This document shows, piece by piece, positions 39,773 through 50,274 of a DNA stretch of 64,000 nucleotides. Both the position numbers and the translations under genes were made by a program. Position 1 is the first letter of the stretch, and every line of letters starts with the position of its first letter. The stretch is taken from positions 11,791 through 75,790 of IMG/VR virus record IMGVR_UViG_3300042549_007551, one strand, 5' to 3'. This DNA is from a virus. The notes under the pieces were generated by a model. The model saw only the letters and a list, made by a program, of their open reading frames with translations. It had not been told where the DNA came from and did no database searches.

Positions 39773-42700
39773 ACTCTTCTCTCCTTATAGATAATACCAA
39801 AATGTTGAAGCTTATATAAACCTTTTGATACAAATTGAAGTTTTAATCTAAATACTTTACCCATACCAAGAATCGAAGTACGATGCGTAAGTAACTTACT
39901 GGATGTGTACTCAGAAAAATCTAATAACAAGTTATTATTTTCAAATGTATTATTAATTAAAGAGTACTTTAAAGCATCCGATGCTGTTTCTGATATTTGG
40001 TTTACTTGAACAAGTTGCGTTAAATCATTATAATTTGATTTAATAATAGGTATAAAATAACTAGCACCACCAATTTCTTGTACTTCTAGTACTGTATTAT
40101 AAAAAGGTTTTGCAATAATTTCATCAATATTAGTTTCTAAATTAAATAACAAGTCACTTGCATTAAGATTTTTAAATACAACATGTAGATCACGAAACCG
40201 TTTAGTTAAATGATTATTAAGATTTAAGTTACCTGTATCAATTAAACAGTTAATAGCTTCTTTTTTAAAGTTATCTGTTATAGTTTGATCAACATAATTA
40301 TCACGTGTGTTGTTTTCTACAAAAGGAAACGTAAAGTATATATTATTATTTAGTTCTGTTACATAAACTTCGCCACTTTCAATAAACCATTTATCATAGA
40401 TACTTGAAATAGTAAGTGTATCTTCAGCGTAGTACCTATTATTTAAAACATCATAAACTAAAGTATACGTAATTAAACCTGGCACATAATAGAATATTTT
40501 AATATAGTTAATAGAAATTAACGCTTTAATTTTTATATCTGATTTTTGCACTCTTTCTTTTTTTCCATAGCTCACTAATCTTTCGTTCATGTAGACTTCA
40601 TAATTTTTTAATATATCATTAGCTGCCTTATTCATGTATTGAATACTAAATCTAGTTTGATCATCAATTGTTGTGCTAGGTCTAATCATGAATAACTGTC
40701 CATCTTCGGAATAAAATAAAACCATTTGATTAAAAATTTGTATAACATCTGCGTAGTTTTTATTAACTAATAAATTATATAAGACAGCTTGTTTTACCCA
40801 TGCAATACCTGTAACAACTTGTTCAAGTTGGTTTGTAGCAGGATTAATTGTAGTAGTAGTTGTTTCTAAACGATATACAGCATAAAGATTTTGAGTTGTA
40901 AAAACTAAAATAATTGTTTTATATTGAATAGCTTTAACTATTTCTTCATTAAACTCTAATTTATTTTTATCTTTAAACCAATAGAAACGTCCTACTTCTG
41001 ATATATAAAGAACATTTTTATACCACGTTAATAAAATACTGCTTTCAAAAACAGCAATATTATTTGTAACTTGTATATCTTCAGGTTCTTTTGTAATTAC
41101 TTTTTCAATATAAGTAACTGTTAAATTATCATAACCATATTGTTTAACAGGCATTGTTTGTATTAAAGCTGTAGCACCCCAAGCAACTTGTAATGTTTGT
41201 AACTCAGTATATGTTTTATTTGAAAGCTCAGATTCTTCGTAAGGCTTCATATAAAATATAACGCTTAGACCTTTATCAAAAAAACCAGCAGTATTTAAAT
41301 CAGCGTTGTTATGAAGCTCTGTTAACAACCCGTTACTACCAGTAGGATTTTCCCAAATATAAAATTTTGCATCAGCATTGTTATAATAAATTTGATTTTT
41401 AATAAATAAAACTAAAGGAGGTGAACCACCACCGTTATTAATCCATTGATTGTTTGTACCTGCACCATCCTGTATAAATTTACTTCCATTACTCGTACCG
41501 TCTACGCCTATAACTTGTATAACTGTCCCTTGAATAGCGTATACAGTACTATCAGGAGTAGTCGATCGATAATAAGGAGGCTGACCTGTTGAACCAAAAC
41601 TTTCTGAAGAAAACGTTATCGGAGTTTTACCTACATTTTTTAGTATATTTAAATTAGTTTCTAAACTATAAGTACCATTTAAAACATTATATTTATAAAA
41701 ACCGTAATTATTATTAACAAAAAAACTATTATGTACGGTGTTATATAAATCAAATTGATTGATCAACGTTGTTACATATGGTAAAAATTGATTGTTTGCA
41801 ACACCTTGATACAGACTCCATGTTCTTTTATCAAAGTATCGGAAGGTTGTAGTTGTTGTTGCCGGCAAAGAAATTGCATTGGTTTTAATTAAAAACCATT
41901 CTGTTTTATTTTTAAAAGTTTTAACAGTTTCATTTTCATTTAATGTTAAGGTAATTTGAATAGGTTCGTTTTTAAAATTAGTTGGACCAGAACTTCCATT
42001 ACCTAGTTGACCTTCATCACCGTTTCCCCAAGTATAAATTTTACCCAAGTTTGTAATAAACATATTTGTAAAATTATAAACTGAACCTGATGCTGCATCA
42101 CCAAATGCAGTATTAAACTCTGTAATAAATTCATCATTACTTAAACCATTAAAATTTAAAACAGCTGGTGTTTGATTTATGTCAGCACCAAATCTACTTC
42201 CAAAAATAATTACTTTGTTTGTGTTTGTTAACAAATAAGTTGAACGATAACCAGCAATAATTTTAACAATAGTTTCATCTATTTCTAGTAAATCTATTTC
42301 AATTAATGTTGGAGTTACTACATTAGACAAAGCAGAAGCTTCGCTTAACTGACCGTAAATATTACTACCTGTCCCAAACACTCTTCCAAAATTAGTTAAA
42401 AAAATACTATGAGTATAACCAGCACTAACACTAGTAATAATTTCTCCATCTTTTAATGAAGACCCAAAAGAAACTAAAGTTGGACTTGTTTTTAAAACAT
42501 TATCACCGACACCAAGTCGTCCGTCTAGATTATATCCCCAAGAAAAAACACGCCCTTGATTTGTTAAAATAACATTATGTAAATTTGCCGAAGTTATTTG
42601 AACAATTTTTTCATTTGTATTTAAAGTAGACAGAACACCAAAATTTGTAATGCTTAAAGGTGCGGTGTTTCCAGTAGTTGTATTACCTCTACCAAGTTCA

Positions 42701-45507
42701 CCATTACTGTTGGAACCCCAAGTATATAAAGTTCCTGCTGTAGTTAAAAGCATACCGTGATTTGATCCTGATGAAATTGCTTTTGGTGCAAATGCAACGC
42801 CACCTATGGTGCTTATTTCAACAGGTATGTTACTTTGAGTTGTTGTACCGTTACCTAATTGACCACTAGTATTTTTACCAAAACTAAATAGTCTATTAGA
42901 TGTTATTAAATAACTATGACCGTCTCCTACAGCTGCTCCTAAAAAATTTGTAAAATTTGCACTACCACTTGTTAATAACGTAGGTTCATCTCGCGTTGTT
43001 GTATCATTTAAACCTAACTGACCTGTAGAGTTATAACCCCAAACAAACACGCGGTTGTTTGTAGTAATTACTATTTTATGATCAGCTTCAGTCCCGCTAG
43101 AAATATTTAAATCAATATAAGAATTTTCATATATGTTTGTTCCAACCTGTATACGTTGTTTATTTTTAACATCGGTATTAGATAGTGAACTTGCAACATA
43201 AAGTTGTTGATCTTTAAACAACGCATTACTTTCTAAAAATCTGACGTTAGGTGTTGCCGGGTCTGTAGTTTCGTTTACAATACTTCCAAAAAACCAACGG
43301 TAGCTAACGACCGATGTATTATCTCTATCAATAGTTGTATGTGTTTCATTTACAACAAAAGGTAACAATCTAAAAGTAATGCTAGATTTTTTAAACTCTA
43401 ATTTTTTATCTTCTATTATTTTTAAAAGTTCTGCACCTGTTAAAAAATTTGCAGCGTAATCTTCGTTACTACTAGAATCTTTTTCAATTGTATATTTTGT
43501 TTGATACAAGTCTTTTAAAGTTTTAAATTCAGCATTAAAAGGATTTAATGGCGTAGTTGCTTGTAAGTCAACTACATAAAATAGTGTATTAGTAAATAAA
43601 GGTATAGAATTTTTTAAACTTATAATATCTTTAACACCATTTGTTATATTTGTCCAAGTAGTTTTAAGACTAGTGTATGTATTTGAAGTAGGATAATTTG
43701 GATAATCCTTTTTAAATTCACCTGACGCGTGCGAAGAAGTTGTACTAATGGTTGTGTTAGGTTCATTAGGTACAACAAAAATAATATATCGTGCATTACG
43801 ATAATGATTCAAAGTAATATTATCATTGCCTAAAACAAACTGACCAGTACGAATTTGTTCTGTATCTGTAAATACTCTTGCAGGTTTTGTCGTGTTATTA
43901 ATATACTTTAACCATGGACTAGAATAAATAGCGTCAACATTAGGACTATTAAAGTCTGTAATTGAAGTATTAACAACTTCAAATTTATACGCCCATTTAT
44001 CAGTTGCACTGTTTTCATTATTTAAATCATAAAAAGCTGGGTTTAATTGAAAGTATGGTTTGATATTATAGTTAGTATTTCGATATATAAAGTTATTAAC
44101 ATAATTTAAAACATCATCATATACATAAATAAAGTTTCCTAAATTACTTATTTGCCCACTAGGTCTATTACCTTCTGTAAATAATGTTTGAAAACTATTA
44201 GGTATAATTGATTTACTAACAGAGACACTTCGTTCTGTAGGAATTAAAGTAGGGTGTGTGAAAGTATCAACAATATCTATATTTAAAGTATTAGCTGGGT
44301 ACGTAATATCCCCAACAGAAAAACTATCTTTACGATAATACAATTGTAAAATAAATTTAAAGTTAGATGTGTTTGGAATTACTAACTCTGCTTTTAATAA
44401 TGTTTTATGTACACCATTCTCATCATAAATATGCTCGACTTTACTGTCGCTAAGTATTTTAATATTTGCTTGAACATACGTTTGTACATCATCTAACTTT
44501 TCTTGATTTGTACCAGCTGCATTACTGTATAAAGTCTGTAAATAAGTTATTTCATTAATTAAAATTTCTAAAGTACTAAAAGGACGATCTTCTGTACTAC
44601 GCCAATTAAAGTTTACTATTTTTGTAGTTACAGGTAGTAGTTTGTCTTTAATATGATAAGCACTAATATCTGCAATATAACCTTTATTATTTTCAAAGTC
44701 ATAAATAACATATTCATTGATATTGTTGTCTTTAAAAATAATTGTTTGATTACTAAAAGATAAATAATTTATATTTAACTTGGTATATACATTAGGGTTA
44801 CCGCCGTAGTTTTGTTGTGCAGTAGTGTTAATTATAACACCTTCCCATTCATTAACATCCCAAGTTGTTGTTGGATTTAAAACAGTAATTTTCCTACGTA
44901 TAGAATAATTAGCAGTAGATCCTGATGGTACTAAAGACCACCCTGTTCCAGGATCAACTCCAATAACACCGAACGCATCTAAAAGATTATTGTTTTTAAA
45001 CAAACCAATCGCATCATCACCATTAAAAGTCATAACATCGTTTCCTACAGTTTTATGAACTGCGGCAGCTATACCCGGAAAGTTGTTAAGACTTAAAGTA
45101 CTTTTGTACACAATATACATTGTGTTGTGCGGTAGTACAATATTAGGTAAAATAAAAGTATGACTAGGACTTCCTAAAACTGCACCGTTTAAAAAAACTT
45201 TTAAACTGTAAGAGTTTAAAAATACTATGTCACCTGTTCCATTAAAAATTTCAATGTATGTGTTGTCCGAATTTCCTTCGTAAACTTCTGATATAAATAA
45301 ATCTGAAGCAAATTCAGTGTTTGTTAATGTTGTTGTTAATAAACCTTTTCTTGGTGTAACAGATTGACCAGTATCTGAAACATTAAAGTTAACCATGTGT
45401 TTAAACAATCCTTCGTTTAAAGGATCAGTAGTTGCGACAATCCCTAGGTATCTAGTATTGTCGTAGTATGATTTTTCAGGGTATCCCTGTACAGCTTTTC
45501 TAGCCAT
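39769..45507 (-). CDS. large tail protein (nozzle/tail-tubular-B-like) with an inserted lamin-tail domain and an RCC1-repeat propeller
   Basis: LFISEVYEG...YIEIFNGT...FNGDDAIGL (lamin-tail domain); six or more (W/F)GxNxxG(Q/E/R)LG repeats; N- and C-termini and gene position fit a podoviral nozzle. Confidence 0.65.
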   Translation of the reverse strand: MARKAVQGYPEKSYYDNTRYLGIVATTDPLNEGLFKHMVNFNVSDTGQSVTPRKGLLTTTLTNTEFASDLFISEVYEGNSDNTYIEIFNGTGDIVFLNSYSLKVFLNGAVLGSPSHTFILPNIVLPHNTMYIVYKSTLSLNNFPGIAAAVHKTVGNDVMTFNGDDAIGLFKNNNLLDAFGVIGVDPGTGWSLVPSGSTANYSIRRKITVLNPTTTWDVNEWEGVIINTTAQQNYGGNPNVYTKLNINYLSFSNQTIIFKDNNINEYVIYDFENNKGYIADISAYHIKDKLLPVTTKIVNFNWRSTEDRPFSTLEILINEITYLQTLYSNAAGTNQEKLDDVQTYVQANIKILSDSKVEHIYDENGVHKTLLKAELVIPNTSNFKFILQLYYRKDSFSVGDITYPANTLNIDIVDTFTHPTLIPTERSVSVSKSIIPNSFQTLFTEGNRPSGQISNLGNFIYVYDDVLNYVNNFIYRNTNYNIKPYFQLNPAFYDLNNENSATDKWAYKFEVVNTSITDFNSPNVDAIYSSPWLKYINNTTKPARVFTDTEQIRTGQFVLGNDNITLNHYRNARYIIFVVPNEPNTTISTTSSHASGEFKKDYPNYPTSNTYTSLKTTWTNITNGVKDIISLKNSIPLFTNTLFYVVDLQATTPLNPFNAEFKTLKDLYQTKYTIEKDSSSNEDYAANFLTGAELLKIIEDKKLEFKKSSITFRLLPFVVNETHTTIDRDNTSVVSYRWFFGSIVNETTDPATPNVRFLESNALFKDQQLYVASSLSNTDVKNKQRIQVGTNIYENSYIDLNISSGTEADHKIVITTNNRVFVWGYNSTGQLGLNDTTTRDEPTLLTSGSANFTNFLGAAVGDGHSYLITSNRLFSFGKNTSGQLGNGTTTQSNIPVEISTIGGVAFAPKAISSGSNHGMLLTTAGTLYTWGSNSNGELGRGNTTTGNTAPLSITNFGVLSTLNTNEKIVQITSANLHNVILTNQGRVFSWGYNLDGRLGVGDNVLKTSPTLVSFGSSLKDGEIITSVSAGYTHSIFLTNFGRVFGTGSNIYGQLSEASALSNVVTPTLIEIDLLEIDETIVKIIAGYRSTYLLTNTNKVIIFGSRFGADINQTPAVLNFNGLSNDEFITEFNTAFGDAASGSVYNFTNMFITNLGKIYTWGNGDEGQLGNGSSGPTNFKNEPIQITLTLNENETVKTFKNKTEWFLIKTNAISLPATTTTTFRYFDKRTWSLYQGVANNQFLPYVTTLINQFDLYNTVHNSFFVNNNYGFYKYNVLNGTYSLETNLNILKNVGKTPITFSSESFGSTGQPPYYRSTTPDSTVYAIQGTVIQVIGVDGTSNGSKFIQDGAGTNNQWINNGGGSPPLVLFIKNQIYYNNADAKFYIWENPTGSNGLLTELHNNADLNTAGFFDKGLSVIFYMKPYEESELSNKTYTELQTLQVAWGATALIQTMPVKQYGYDNLTVTYIEKVITKEPEDIQVTNNIAVFESSILLTWYKNVLYISEVGRFYWFKDKNKLEFNEEIVKAIQYKTIILVFTTQNLYAVYRLETTTTTINPATNQLEQVVTGIAWVKQAVLYNLLVNKNYADVIQIFNQMVLFYSEDGQLFMIRPSTTIDDQTRFSIQYMNKAANDILKNYEVYMNERLVSYGKKERVQKSDIKIKALISINYIKIFYYVPGLITYTLVYDVLNNRYYAEDTLTISSIYDKWFIESGEVYVTELNNNIYFTFPFVENNTRDNYVDQTITDNFKKEAINCLIDTGNLNLNNHLTKRFRDLHVVFKNLNASDLLFNLETNIDEIIAKPFYNTVLEVQEIGGASYFIPIIKSNYNDLTQLVQVNQISETASDALKYSLINNTFENNNLLLDFSEYTSSKLLTHRTSILGMGKVFRLKLQFVSKGLYKLQHFGIIYKERRV

Positions 45508-46831
45508 TATAGCCCCATATAAATTCTACTGTATAACTGTTACTACCGTCTAAAGTAGTTGGTGCAAAACAATTAGGGTGCCAACCAGTTGTACCGTTCC
45601 ATACTGGTTTATTAATTTCTAAACGTCTTAATTTAATAACAATGCGTTTACCTGCTACAAGTGGAAAAGCGTTTTCTTGTATAGTTGTCACACTAGCAGG
45701 GATAATAATCTCTACTAACTTAGGTGTGTTCGCAAAAGCATTGGTTTGTATTGTTACAAGACCTTCATTTAAGTTAATATTATTTCCTCTGAAACGATTA
45801 AAAGCGTTTGTTTCTAACGTTCGTATTGTACTAGGAAGTGTAATGCCCTGTGTTAATTTATCTAGTGCTTCTGTAGGTAATGTACCATCACTATTATTAA
45901 CAAACTGTGAAGGAATTGTTACAGGCACAAGTCCATTAACTTCGTTAGGAATTGTTAAACTAACCATACTATTTCTATATGTAGCAGAAATAGAAACTCT
46001 AAACAGCGACGATGCAGATTCAACTGTAAGAATCGGTGTAGAACTCCACGTGGCAAACAGATTTAAATCACTTCTCATAATAACTGTAGCCGCCGTTCCA
46101 GCAGGATAGTTAGCAGTAGCATTAGTAGTACTTTTAGTCCAACCTAAAAATGTGTAGATTTTATCATATTTTGTTGAAAAGTAAGTACTATCTGGAAATA
46201 AAATTGTAGCAACTTTATCATAAATATAAGCATTTGTATCTTTTGTAAATGCTGTAGGCAATATAATATCATTGTTATTTGGGAAGTAATTAACTCTAAA
46301 TTTAAATGTTGGTACGTTTAAGTTACGTTGATTGTGTTGACTAATACCTTCTTGACTGTCTAATGAAAAAAATACACCTTGATCTGGGTTTTGTCGAAAC
46401 TCAAAAGGCACTCTATTAAATTCTTTTTGAAACATATCGTATAAACCTTCTTGCATTTCAAGCAAGTACTTATTATAGATAGTTGTAAACTCTTCATCAC
46501 GTGCTAGTATTTCTGCCGCAATGTAAGGAATAATAATACTGTGAAAGTATTCTTCTGGAATAATTTCATACTCTGTAGCTTCTTCAATAAGCTCTCCTGC
46601 TCCATCATATTGTTCTTCACCGTCTTCGTCTAGTATAGGTTTTGATGTAGTCGTAGTATAAGATTTAGTGGGATCAGTCATTACGGTTGAAATTTTAGGA
46701 TACTTTGTACCTAAAAAGTTATTGATTTTATTAATAGCTTTATCTGCATCATACTTAATATCAAACCAAGTAAGGTTATACCTCAAGGTTAATTGGTTAA
46801 GACGTACCAACAATTCTTCTTGTGTTATCAT
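45500..46831 (-). CDS. putative head-tail adaptor fused to an InlB B-repeat and BspA-type leucine-rich repeats
   Basis: Helical N-terminus (IIPEEYFHSIIIPYIAA); YTFLGW...LFATW; LPSTIRTLETNAF, LNEGLVTIQTNAF, IPASVTTIQENAF. Confidence 0.6.
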   Translation of the reverse strand: MITQEELLVRLNQLTLRYNLTWFDIKYDADKAINKINNFLGTKYPKISTVMTDPTKSYTTTTSKPILDEDGEEQYDGAGELIEEATEYEIIPEEYFHSIIIPYIAAEILARDEEFTTIYNKYLLEMQEGLYDMFQKEFNRVPFEFRQNPDQGVFFSLDSQEGISQHNQRNLNVPTFKFRVNYFPNNNDIILPTAFTKDTNAYIYDKVATILFPDSTYFSTKYDKIYTFLGWTKSTTNATANYPAGTAATVIMRSDLNLFATWSSTPILTVESASSLFRVSISATYRNSMVSLTIPNEVNGLVPVTIPSQFVNNSDGTLPTEALDKLTQGITLPSTIRTLETNAFNRFRGNNINLNEGLVTIQTNAFANTPKLVEIIIPASVTTIQENAFPLVAGKRIVIKLRRLEINKPVWNGTTGWHPNCFAPTTLDGSNSYTVEFIWGYNG

Positions 46832-46853
46832 TTCAAAAAGTCCTCACATGTTG

Positions 46854-46862
46854 ATTATAGCA
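46854..46862 (-). promoter_or_regulatory. extended -10 promoter
   Basis: TGCTATAAT upstream of a GAGGA RBS. Confidence 0.65.
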
Positions 46863-46892
46863 CAAAAGTTTTTAAACAATAGTTCAATTAAT

Positions 46893-46918
46893 AAAAACAC
46901 ACCCGAAGGTGTGTCTTT
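46893..46918 (-). terminator. Rho-independent terminator (cUUCGg loop)
   Basis: GACACACC-TTCG-GGTGTGTT-TTT. Confidence 0.85.
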
Positions 46919-46922
46919 AGTT

Positions 46923-47840
46923 TTACTTCTTACGATTAGCAGCTTGTGTTAGCAAATCGTTTAATGAAACTCCGTTAGCATTAACAGGTTTTGGTTGAGC
47001 TGATTGTGCTGGGTTTGCAACAGGAACTTTAGTTTGACGCAGTCTTTCTTCTTCCCACTTACCTTTAGCTTGGTTAACCGCTGTATCAATTTGTTGTTTT
47101 AACAACTTATCACGATAAACTAAGATATAAAGATCTTGTAAGTCTCCGCCTTGTGCTAACCATTGATACGGGTTTTTCTTTACAGACATTGCGTCTTTAA
47201 AGAAATTGTTTACTTCTGCTGTCTTAACACCCATGTTTTGTTGTAAGTTAGTTAGCGCCCGGTCCATACTAATTTGAAGTCTTTGCTTTTGAATTTCAAC
47301 CTTATCTCGTTCAATACGATCAATTTCTGATTGTACTTCAGGAGTAATACCTTTAGCTTCAGCTTTTACTTTAGTATCAGAAGTATTCATTGCTGTAGCT
47401 AAAGCATCATAATCCATCCTACCTTCTTTCATAAACTCTTTCAGTTTAAATTCGTAGGACCCATTAGTATAACGTTGTACTAATCCTTCAATTTTTTCTT
47501 TAGCAGTTTTTTCAGCACTATACTTATCACGGATTTCTTTAATTGGATTACTTTCTTTAATCGGATTACCTTTAGCGTCTTTCTTTTCTTCAGGCTTTCC
47601 TTCTGTAGGTTTAACTTCACCAGGTTTAGCTTCTACTTTTGGTTGTTCTGTTGGAGTAGTTACAGCAGTTTCTGCTTGTTTAACTTGAGCTAACTTAGCT
47701 TCTACTAGTTGTTCTTCAGCAGGTTTAACTGCAGATTGAGTTTCAACTGGTTTAACATCTGTAGGCGCTTCCGTTTTCGGTTCATTACCTGCTGCTTGAC
47801 TTAACGCTTCTTGTAAACTAATTTTGTTTTGGTCTGCCAT
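46923..47840 (-). CDS. probable capsid scaffolding protein
   Basis: E/K/P-rich disordered N-terminus, helical core, basic C-terminal helix; head-gene region. Confidence 0.55.
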   Translation of the reverse strand: MADQNKISLQEALSQAAGNEPKTEAPTDVKPVETQSAVKPAEEQLVEAKLAQVKQAETAVTTPTEQPKVEAKPGEVKPTEGKPEEKKDAKGNPIKESNPIKEIRDKYSAEKTAKEKIEGLVQRYTNGSYEFKLKEFMKEGRMDYDALATAMNTSDTKVKAEAKGITPEVQSEIDRIERDKVEIQKQRLQISMDRALTNLQQNMGVKTAEVNNFFKDAMSVKKNPYQWLAQGGDLQDLYILVYRDKLLKQQIDTAVNQAKGKWEEERLRQTKVPVANPAQSAQPKPVNANGVSLNDLLTQAANRKK

Positions 47841-47842
47841 AA

Positions 47843-48001
47843 TTACTTCTTACCTTCTTTCTTAACAAGTTCTTGTTCTTGTTTATTAATTTCGCCAACA
47901 ATGCTTTCGATAAACTTAACGACTTGATCGTATGGTAATCTAGACAAAGCACTTAAGATAATTTTAACTTCTTCGATCGTAAACTCTAATTTGTATTTCA
48001 T
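47843..48001 (-). CDS. 52-aa hypothetical phage protein
   Basis: Hand translation MKYKLEFTIEEVKIILSALSRLPYDQVVKFIESIVGEINKQEQELVKKEGKK; RBS AAGGAGG. Confidence 0.7.
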   Translation of the reverse strand: MKYKLEFTIEEVKIILSALSRLPYDQVVKFIESIVGEINKQEQELVKKEGKK

Positions 48002-48002
48002 T

Positions 48003-48356
48003 TTATTTACCTCCTTTATATGTTTTTAGTAATTCAATGAATACTTTTGTTTTAATAATCGACTTGTCAATTTCGTCTTGAACATACTTTTCAATTTGAC
48101 TGCTACCTGCAATAACTTGATTTTGACTTATAATCTTTTCAATCTCTTTAATCGTAGATAAATTGACATCAATGTTAGACATATCAAGTTTATCTGGTTT
48201 AGGTATATGAATGTCTGGTACTTTTTTACCTAAAGATACTTTAGATATATAAGACGCTGACACTCCATACTTTACTGCAACATCTTTGTTTAGCATTCCT
48301 AATCCCACGTCAGCTAAGATTTGCATATCAATCTCAGCGCTAATTCGCTTTGGCAT
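48003..48356 (-). CDS. HTH DNA-binding protein
   Basis: GMLNKDVAVKYGVSASYISKV helix-turn-helix. Confidence 0.7.
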   Translation of the reverse strand: MPKRISAEIDMQILADVGLGMLNKDVAVKYGVSASYISKVSLGKKVPDIHIPKPDKLDMSNIDVNLSTIKEIEKIISQNQVIAGSSQIEKYVQDEIDKSIIKTKVFIELLKTYKGGK

Positions 48357-49575
48357 TGGCCACCTCCTTTAACTCTTTAGGGATTTCTTTCTTGTTATCC
48401 GCTAAATATAACAACCCAATTGAGCGTCGACTAATTAGGTTATTAACAAGTTGGTTGTCCATAAATACGTTACTGTAATCAATTGCTAGTGGTATTTGTA
48501 ATAGTAGCGGTGCAATCTTTGACATAGCATTAATTACAATCCAGAAAGGATCTTGTTGATAAGAAGACACAGCAGTAACTGTAATTAAGATAGCAAACAA
48601 GAATGTATTAATTAAAGCCCACAAAACTTTTGCACCAGCATCTTTAACGATTCTACGTTCGTTACTATTAATTAATGAATAACTATCAACACTAAGGCCT
48701 TCATTATCACTGCCGTTATAAACAAACATCGGACTAATGTATTTAAAATGTTTGACACGCCCATCAACAACGTACTCTTGTATGTAACTTTCATCTAACA
48801 ATTGTAGTAAACGTTCTTTCTTTTTAAGATACTTTTTTTCTCTACGATTAAGTTTACCCAAGCTTTTTAAAATATCTTTACCATCTTCTTTTCTACGTAA
48901 AGATTCAAAGTATAGTTTAGTTTTTTTACGGTCTTCATAATTTGTTTTTTGTTCTAACAAGTCGATATCGTATTTAACATTTGTTTTATGTTGTTGGATT
49001 TTACGGTGGTAATTAAACACGTCATGCAACCAAGGTTGAAACGTAACAGGGTCTAAATGTTTTTCTGTCATGTCTTCGACTTGATTAGATAAGTCTACAT
49101 ACCGTTTGTATCTTTCTTTAGCAACCGTAACTAAATAATTAAACAAACTATAAAACAATATAATAGCTGAGCCTAACGAAATAATCGTTGAGACGTACCA
49201 AAATGGATATTCAAAAAAGAACTTTGTGTAAACTTGAACTTCAAAATTTTCTGGTACTTGAACTTCAAAAAAGTTTGTACCTGGATTTTCTATAACATAC
49301 GTACTCTTATAAAGAGCAATCGCTTGTTGCGAGTACCAAGTGATACGGTAGTTGCTGTTTTCAACTTTCATCGCAAGGTATTCAGTATACGTCGTGTCAA
49401 CGGCACCGACTGTGTACTGAGCTTGTCCTTCAATGATTGGCAACACACCGTTGATGCCTAAAACAACCATTAATGAAACCAGCAAGAAAATAACACTACG
49501 TGATTTTTTATTTGTGATCAACGTAGTTGCTTTATCAAACGCTGCTTCAACTTTGGTTTGTCTAAGTTCAGCCAT
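48340..49575 (-). CDS. multi-pass membrane protein
   Basis: About four TM segments separated by soluble domains. Confidence 0.7.
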   Translation of the reverse strand: MAELRQTKVEAAFDKATTLITNKKSRSVIFLLVSLMVVLGINGVLPIIEGQAQYTVGAVDTTYTEYLAMKVENSNYRITWYSQQAIALYKSTYVIENPGTNFFEVQVPENFEVQVYTKFFFEYPFWYVSTIISLGSAIILFYSLFNYLVTVAKERYKRYVDLSNQVEDMTEKHLDPVTFQPWLHDVFNYHRKIQQHKTNVKYDIDLLEQKTNYEDRKKTKLYFESLRRKEDGKDILKSLGKLNRREKKYLKKKERLLQLLDESYIQEYVVDGRVKHFKYISPMFVYNGSDNEGLSVDSYSLINSNERRIVKDAGAKVLWALINTFLFAILITVTAVSSYQQDPFWIVINAMSKIAPLLLQIPLAIDYSNVFMDNQLVNNLISRRSIGLLYLADNKKEIPKELKEVANAKAN

Positions 49576-49576
49576 A

Positions 49577-49807
49577 TTAAATTCCTGTCAAACTATTAAT
49601 AGTTGTTTTAATTAATTGGAATTGTTCATCACGTTCTTTTTCTTCTGTATAAGTTGCACTAATTGGTTCTCTTACATCTGCTAACCAAATAGTTAATGCG
49701 TACATTTCTAGTGTTTGCATAGTTTGTGGGATTGTAACTTTACCATAAGCTACAATAGAACGAGCATCAATAGTTACATCTTTTAATTCAACAAATTTAG
49801 TTTCCAT
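49577..49807 (-). CDS. hypothetical protein
   Basis: RBS AGGAGG. Confidence 0.7.
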   Translation of the reverse strand: METKFVELKDVTIDARSIVAYGKVTIPQTMQTLEMYALTIWLADVREPISATYTEEKERDEQFQLIKTTINSLTGI

Positions 49808-49818
49808 ATTTTTTCCTC

Positions 49819-50274
49819 CTAAATGTGGATAACGTATTTAACTTTATCTTTTAAACGGTTTACTTCTTTTGCATTAACAATTTTTTCTAAACCTTTTGCG
49901 TATCTTTTGTTATCTACATGCAACACGGCGTGTATTGGACGCATATACATTTTTAAATAATTAAACATTTCTAATAGTAATGTTAATCCACCTGCTCGAT
50001 ACTCTGGCATAATGTATGTTTCTGTTACAAATAAATAACTGTCATTACTTAAATCTAACGAAACAAACCCTATAGTAATGCCTTCTGGATTAACTAACAT
50101 TAAACATTCGCCTTTAATTAATTTATAATGAAGCGTTGTTATCTTTATAAAAAAGTGTTCGTTATCAAAGAAAAGAAATTTTTTGTCTTGTTCAGACATC
50201 TTATTAAACATTTCTATAACTTTATATAAGTCTGGATGTGAACTGTAGTGTATCATCCGATGCTTGGGTCCCAT
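49819..50274 (-). CDS. GNAT-family acetyltransferase-like protein
   Basis: IGFV...FVTETYIMPEYRAGGLT (motif A-like). Confidence 0.55.
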   Translation of the reverse strand: MGPKHRMIHYSSHPDLYKVIEMFNKMSEQDKKFLFFDNEHFFIKITTLHYKLIKGECLMLVNPEGITIGFVSLDLSNDSYLFVTETYIMPEYRAGGLTLLLEMFNYLKMYMRPIHAVLHVDNKRYAKGLEKIVNAKEVNRLKDKVKYVIHI

